From a cyanobacterium endosymbiont of Epithemia turgida isolate EtSB Lake Yunoko (GTDB taxonomy: Bacteria > Cyanobacteriota > Cyanobacteriia > Cyanobacteriales > Microcystaceae): a stretch of DNA of 32,000 nucleotides. The DNA lies in contig NZ_AP012549.1 of the NCBI RefSeq assembly GCF_000829235.1, positions 1,080,001 through 1,112,000 on the forward strand, in the 5' to 3' direction. Below, piece after piece: positions 28,020-32,000 of the stretch (position 1 is the first letter of the stretch; the number at the start of each line of letters is the position of its first letter). Position numbers and translations under genes: made by a program. Under the pieces are notes generated by a model. It was not told the DNA's origin, did not search any database, and saw only the letters and a program-made list of their open reading frames with translations.

Positions 28020-30314
28020 GAATGCTCTTAACTACAGAGGTATCCTTTTGATTATCTGACAGAATTTATCTTTCTTTCCAGAACCAACAGCTAAGGAGAA
28101 ATCTTCATATTTTATTAATACTCTAGATCGAAAGCTATGGTGCTTTATTCCGGAGGGGTGTAACTCAAGAAAAGTAGAAATTTCTCACAATTCTCTGAGT
28201 ATTATAAACTTAGGCGTCTTCAAAACAGAAGTTGAGATAACTCTTTAACATTGTTTTTAATAAGGATCTGGAGATTGATTTATGTAATAATTATTGCAGT
28301 TAGACGCGTCGAGAGAATAGTTTAAAACTTTCCGTCTAGTCAACATTCATCTTTACAACCCCATTGCTTTCTCTGTTCCTATCACGGTATTCGTCAGTGT
28401 GTTCTTGATGTATTCTTTGGAACTGTCTAGCTAGTTATTTGCCCTTAGTTTTAGCTTACCTGGGATTCTCTGCCTTATTCTCTTTCTTTAAGGGTTCCAC
28501 AACTTGACTCTTAACCTCTTCCATTATGATAGAAGTCGTTGAGTTATAGATAGTGGGTTATTGTGTGCCATTCACGGTGCGACTTTCGAAAACATTACTG
28601 TTTGAAATGTAAAACAAGTGAATTCTTCACTTTGTATTATCATAGACCCAGTCTCAATCACTTTATCCAGATTATGCTTCTTCATGCTATCTATTCCTGT
28701 AAATAGACTTCGGATGAGTTTTTTGGACATCCTTGGTCCGACTTTAAACATTCTGTTTCTCAAGAATTGCGAGCAGCAGAACACCTCTAGTTTAAGAGAC
28801 TCTGCACCAGAATATTTTGTTAAATGAAGCTCTATGAGCTTAAATAGCCCCTCAAAACCAAACCTAACAAAACTTTATATTCCCTAAGGAAGTCCTACTT
28901 TGTAGTGATACTCTTTAATCGTAAGACCTGAAGAAGGATGGATAACTAAAGCCTTCTTCGTTAGGGTTTTCTCGAGTAAATCGTAGCTCCTAAGAGTGCT
29001 ATTTTTTAATTAATGTTAAAAACAGGAATTTAAATATTATTAAATTGTAACAGCCCAGAAAACCCCTGGTATTATAGAACTTATTATGTGTAATTAATTA
29101 GGATTATTTTATATATTTTTTTATGACAAATAATGTTTTGTATATAAAATTTGATTTATTTTTTATTTTTAAATAAATCTGTTTGCCTTTTATTTAATCA
29201 TGACATATTTTTTCTTTTTAACTAGTATTTATAAGCTATCTATATTCTTATTTTATTTGTTTTAGATTACTGAATTGAGCATTAACTTATTTTATTGCAT
29301 TGAATATGCCTGCTAATACTATAACTTGTAGCAAAAATTTATTTAAAATAGATAATATACTTTCTAGATATTTAGATTTAATTTTAAAATTTCAATAATA
29401 ATTACCTTCTCTTTAATATTAAATATTGTACTATTTTTTCTGGCTATCTTATAAGTAATTAATTTTCTTTTTTGTCTAAGTTTATTTAGATCATATGATG
29501 ATTTTTTTGTTGTTTCATTATTATTATTTTTTTATCTGCAACTATTAATGTAGATCAATAGAATTTTTTCTGTTTCTTGTTCACTTACTTTATTTCTTTT
29601 GATTACATTCTTTGTATCACTAATTGAGATATTTTTAATATTTTCTATATTAAATACTTTAATATATATTTTTTTGCTCTTATATTAATGTACATATACA
29701 TTAATTATACTCCATTTAAAAACTACTAATTATTAGATAAACTGTTTTCTCCATACAAGTTAAATCTCTAATAGTTAACTAATTAACTTACTTAAGTTGT
29801 CTAGTTATTTAACTCCTATGAATATAGGCTTTTACTGGTTATGGTTTTTATGAAATAAATTATTTATGGTTTATTTAAACCATGATGATATTTAATCTAT
29901 CTAGAAAATATTTTTTACAAAACAGAAGAGCCTTAAAATATATTAAATTTTTTAAAAATTTGCTTAAACAGTAATTTGAGTATTTATCATTTTACCTATT
30001 TTAAAATAAGAAGAATATATTTTATTTTTTTTAAAAATTCCGTTAATTGATAGAAAGAATAAAAATACAGAAATGATCTTAATCACAAAATAATAAATAC
30101 TTCGATAAGATTGGGACTATATTTTATGTCTGAAGTATTATCAAATATCAGTAAATATCGCTTACAGCATAGAGCTCCTACTTCCTTTTTCTTTCCTTAC
30201 GTTCCGTCACTTAAGTACTTCTGTATAGATCAATGTCTTGTGTATAATTAGTTACTTGAGTACAGCAGATAGGACAAACAACCGCTTTACACCTCACCTA
30301 AATTAACAAAATCT

Positions 30315-31277
30315 ATGGCTGTTTTTATACCAGATCGCCCCATCCGTATCGGTTCGCGTAAAAGTCAGTTAGCTTTAGTACAAACCTATTGGGTTCAAAA
30401 AGAACTGCAAAGTTACTATCCTGAACGCCAATTTGACGTGGCAACCATGAATACTCAAGGCGATAAAATTCTCGATATTCCCCTGGCTAAAATTGGTGAT
30501 AAAGGTCTATTTACCAAGGAATTAGAAGTAGCCATGGAGCAAAATCAAGTTGATTTTGCCGTGCATTCTCTCAAAGACCTCCCTACTAATCTACCAGATG
30601 GTTTAATGTTAGGGTGTGTTACTGAAAGAATTGATCCGGCTGATGCGATTGTTTTTAATAAAAAGCATCAGGAGAAACAATTAGAGACTTTACCCGAAGG
30701 GGCAATTATTGGTACTTCTTCCTTACGTCGTTTAGTCCAACTGCGCTGTCATTTTCCCAATTTAACCTTTAAAGAGGTGCGAGGTAATGTTAATACTCGC
30801 CTTAGAAAACTTGATGAGGGAGAATACGATGCGATTGTTCTAGCTGTAGCAGGTTTACAGCGTTTAGATATGTGTGATCGCGTCCATCAAGTCATTAAGA
30901 AAGAGATTTGCCTTCATGCTGTAGGACAGGGAGCTTTAGGGCTCGAATGTCGTGAAAGAGATGAAGAGATCCTAGAAATACTCAAAGTATTAGAACACGA
31001 ACCGACCCGAGATCGCTGTTATGCTGAACGAGCATTTTTACGAGAACTAGAAGGCGGTTGTCAGGTTCCGATTGGTGTGAATACAACTATCGAAGGAGAT
31101 ACCCTAACTTTAACGGGAATGGTGGCTAGTCCCGATGGTCAAATCCTAATTAAAGACACTATTAGTGGACAAAGAAAGTTTGCAGAGCAAATAGGACTAG
31201 ATTTAGCTAAATGTTTACGAGATGCCGGTGCAGATCAAATATTAGCAGAAATTTTTGCTCAAATTGAACGAGGATAG
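30315..31277 (+). CDS. hemC: Hydroxymethylbilane synthase (porphobilinogen deaminase)
   Basis: 320 aa with [25 protein letters not shown] and the cofactor-cysteine context GGCQVPIG. Confidence 0.95.
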   Translation: MAVFIPDRPIRIGSRKSQLALVQTYWVQKELQSYYPERQFDVATMNTQGDKILDIPLAKIGDKGLFTKELEVAMEQNQVDFAVHSLKDLPTNLPDGLMLGCVTERIDPADAIVFNKKHQEKQLETLPEGAIIGTSSLRRLVQLRCHFPNLTFKEVRGNVNTRLRKLDEGEYDAIVLAVAGLQRLDMCDRVHQVIKKEICLHAVGQGALGLECRERDEEILEILKVLEHEPTRDRCYAERAFLRELEGGCQVPIGVNTTIEGDTLTLTGMVASPDGQILIKDTISGQRKFAEQIGLDLAKCLRDAGADQILAEIFAQIERG

Positions 31278-31385
31278 GGCTGAATAAGGATAAATTTTAT
31301 TTGCAAGTGATAGGCTAACACGTATTCTAAAATTTAGGTTAATCATTTTGACTACTTCTGTTTAACCTAACTCTTGTGCTGACTT

Positions 31386-32000
31386 TTAACATTGATGCCA
31401 ATTCGCCCAATCTTGAGGTTTCAAGAAAGTGTCACGTAACTCAAATTCAGGAGTATTCGGTTCAGGAGAATAACAATATTCCCAACGTACTAATGGCGGC
31501 AAAGACATGAGAATTGATTCAGTCCGTCCGTTGGTTTGTAACCCAAAAATAGTCCCGCGATCATAGACTAAATTAAACTCTACATATCGTCCCCGTCGAT
31601 ATAATTGGAATTGCCTTTCCCTGTTTCCATATTCTGTATTGCGTCGCTTTTCCACGATCGGAACATAGGCTGGAAAAAAAGCCTGCCCACAGCTATTAAC
31701 AAAAGCAAAAAGGTCTTCCCAAGTGCGGGGTTCTAAAGGAAGCAGTTGGTTGCTGTGAAGGGACGCTGCTTTGTCAGTGTAAGGACCGCGGTATAAAGAA
31801 GTTAAGCCATCTTGATAATCGAAGAAAATGCCACCGACTCCGCGCATTTCTTGCCTATGCTTAAGATAAAAATATTCATCACACCAAGGTTTAAAGACAG
31901 CGTAATATTCTGGATGATGTTTATCACAAGCTTCTTTAAGGGTACGGTGAAAATGGGCAACATCTTCAGCAAAAGGATAATAAGGGGTTAAATCAATCCC
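31386..32000 (-). CDS. hemF: Oxygen-dependent coproporphyrinogen III oxidase, N-terminus beyond window edge
   Basis: The reading frame stays open upstream of the track's internal Met (31847) to base 32000: [62 protein letters not shown]... It continues to [35 protein letters not shown]. Confidence 0.93.
   Translation of the reverse strand, partial: GIDLTPYYPFAEDVAHFHRTLKEACDKHHPEYYAVFKPWCDEYFYLKHRQEMRGVGGIFFDYQDGLTSLYRGPYTDKAASLHSNQLLPLEPRTWEDLFAFVNSCGQAFFPAYVPIVEKRRNTEYGNRERQFQLYRRGRYVEFNLVYDRGTIFGLQTNGRTESILMSLPPLVRWEYCYSPEPNTPEFELRDTFLKPQDWANWHQC

Noticed and set aside
27459-28477. ctgggactctctgtttcc (27460) versus ctgggattctctgcctta (28460), exactly 1000 bp apart, flanking the 85-aa gene
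   Set aside because: Only about 14 of 18 bases match and there is no extended alignment. This is insufficient to call terminal repeats of a mobile element.
30243-30248. TATAAT box about 65 nt upstream of hemC as its promoter
   Set aside because: There is no acceptable -35 at 16-18 nt, and TATAAT-like hexamers are abundant by chance in this AT-rich spacer.
1-32000. Search for a defence system, toxin-antitoxin pair, secretion or biosynthetic cluster, or other novel multi-gene system
   Set aside because: Every intact ORF is a recognisable housekeeping or conserved cyanobacterial gene. There are no unexplained multi-gene operons, and the unexplained sequence is non-coding.

Overview
This window is 32 kb of a cyanobacterial chromosome. 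The protein set resembles unicellular Synechocystis/Cyanothece-Crocosphaera types, and two intact HIP1 GCGATCGC octamers are present. The region appears to be in advanced reductive decay. Sixteen recognisable, apparently intact housekeeping genes total only about 15 kb (~47%): an SSF symporter, ftsH, an ECF-type sigma factor with a membrane anti-sigma, a ylqD-like gene, aas, rnhA, amt, ribD, rpmG, rpsR, an RNase II-family gene, a DUF3386-like gene, an 85-aa conserved protein, hemC and a partial hemF. These genes sit as GC-normal islands between eight stretches of 1.3-2.3 kb that have no ORF >=60 aa with family support and are extremely AT-rich. Hand counts give 5-10 G+C per 60 nt in those stretches versus 25-35 in genes. 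Two remnants show that the deserts are dead genes: an S9 peptidase pseudogene (frameshift, three in-frame TAA, large internal deletion) and a probable tyrosine-recombinase remnant. The deserts still carry unusually long perfect hairpins (15-21 bp stems), several of them terminator-like with no living gene to terminate. They also hold a three-hairpin cluster and a 26-bp hairpin upstream of ribD whose only mismatches are G-U compatible on the + strand. A perfect 3 x 20 bp tandem duplication turns one start codon into overlapping ATGA mini-ORFs. I found no rRNA, tRNA, CRISPR array, intact mobile element, defence island, toxin-antitoxin pair or biosynthetic cluster. The noteworthy biology is the genome-erosion architecture and the structured non-coding survivors, not a new protein system. 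All product calls rest on motif recognition from memory; no searches were run.
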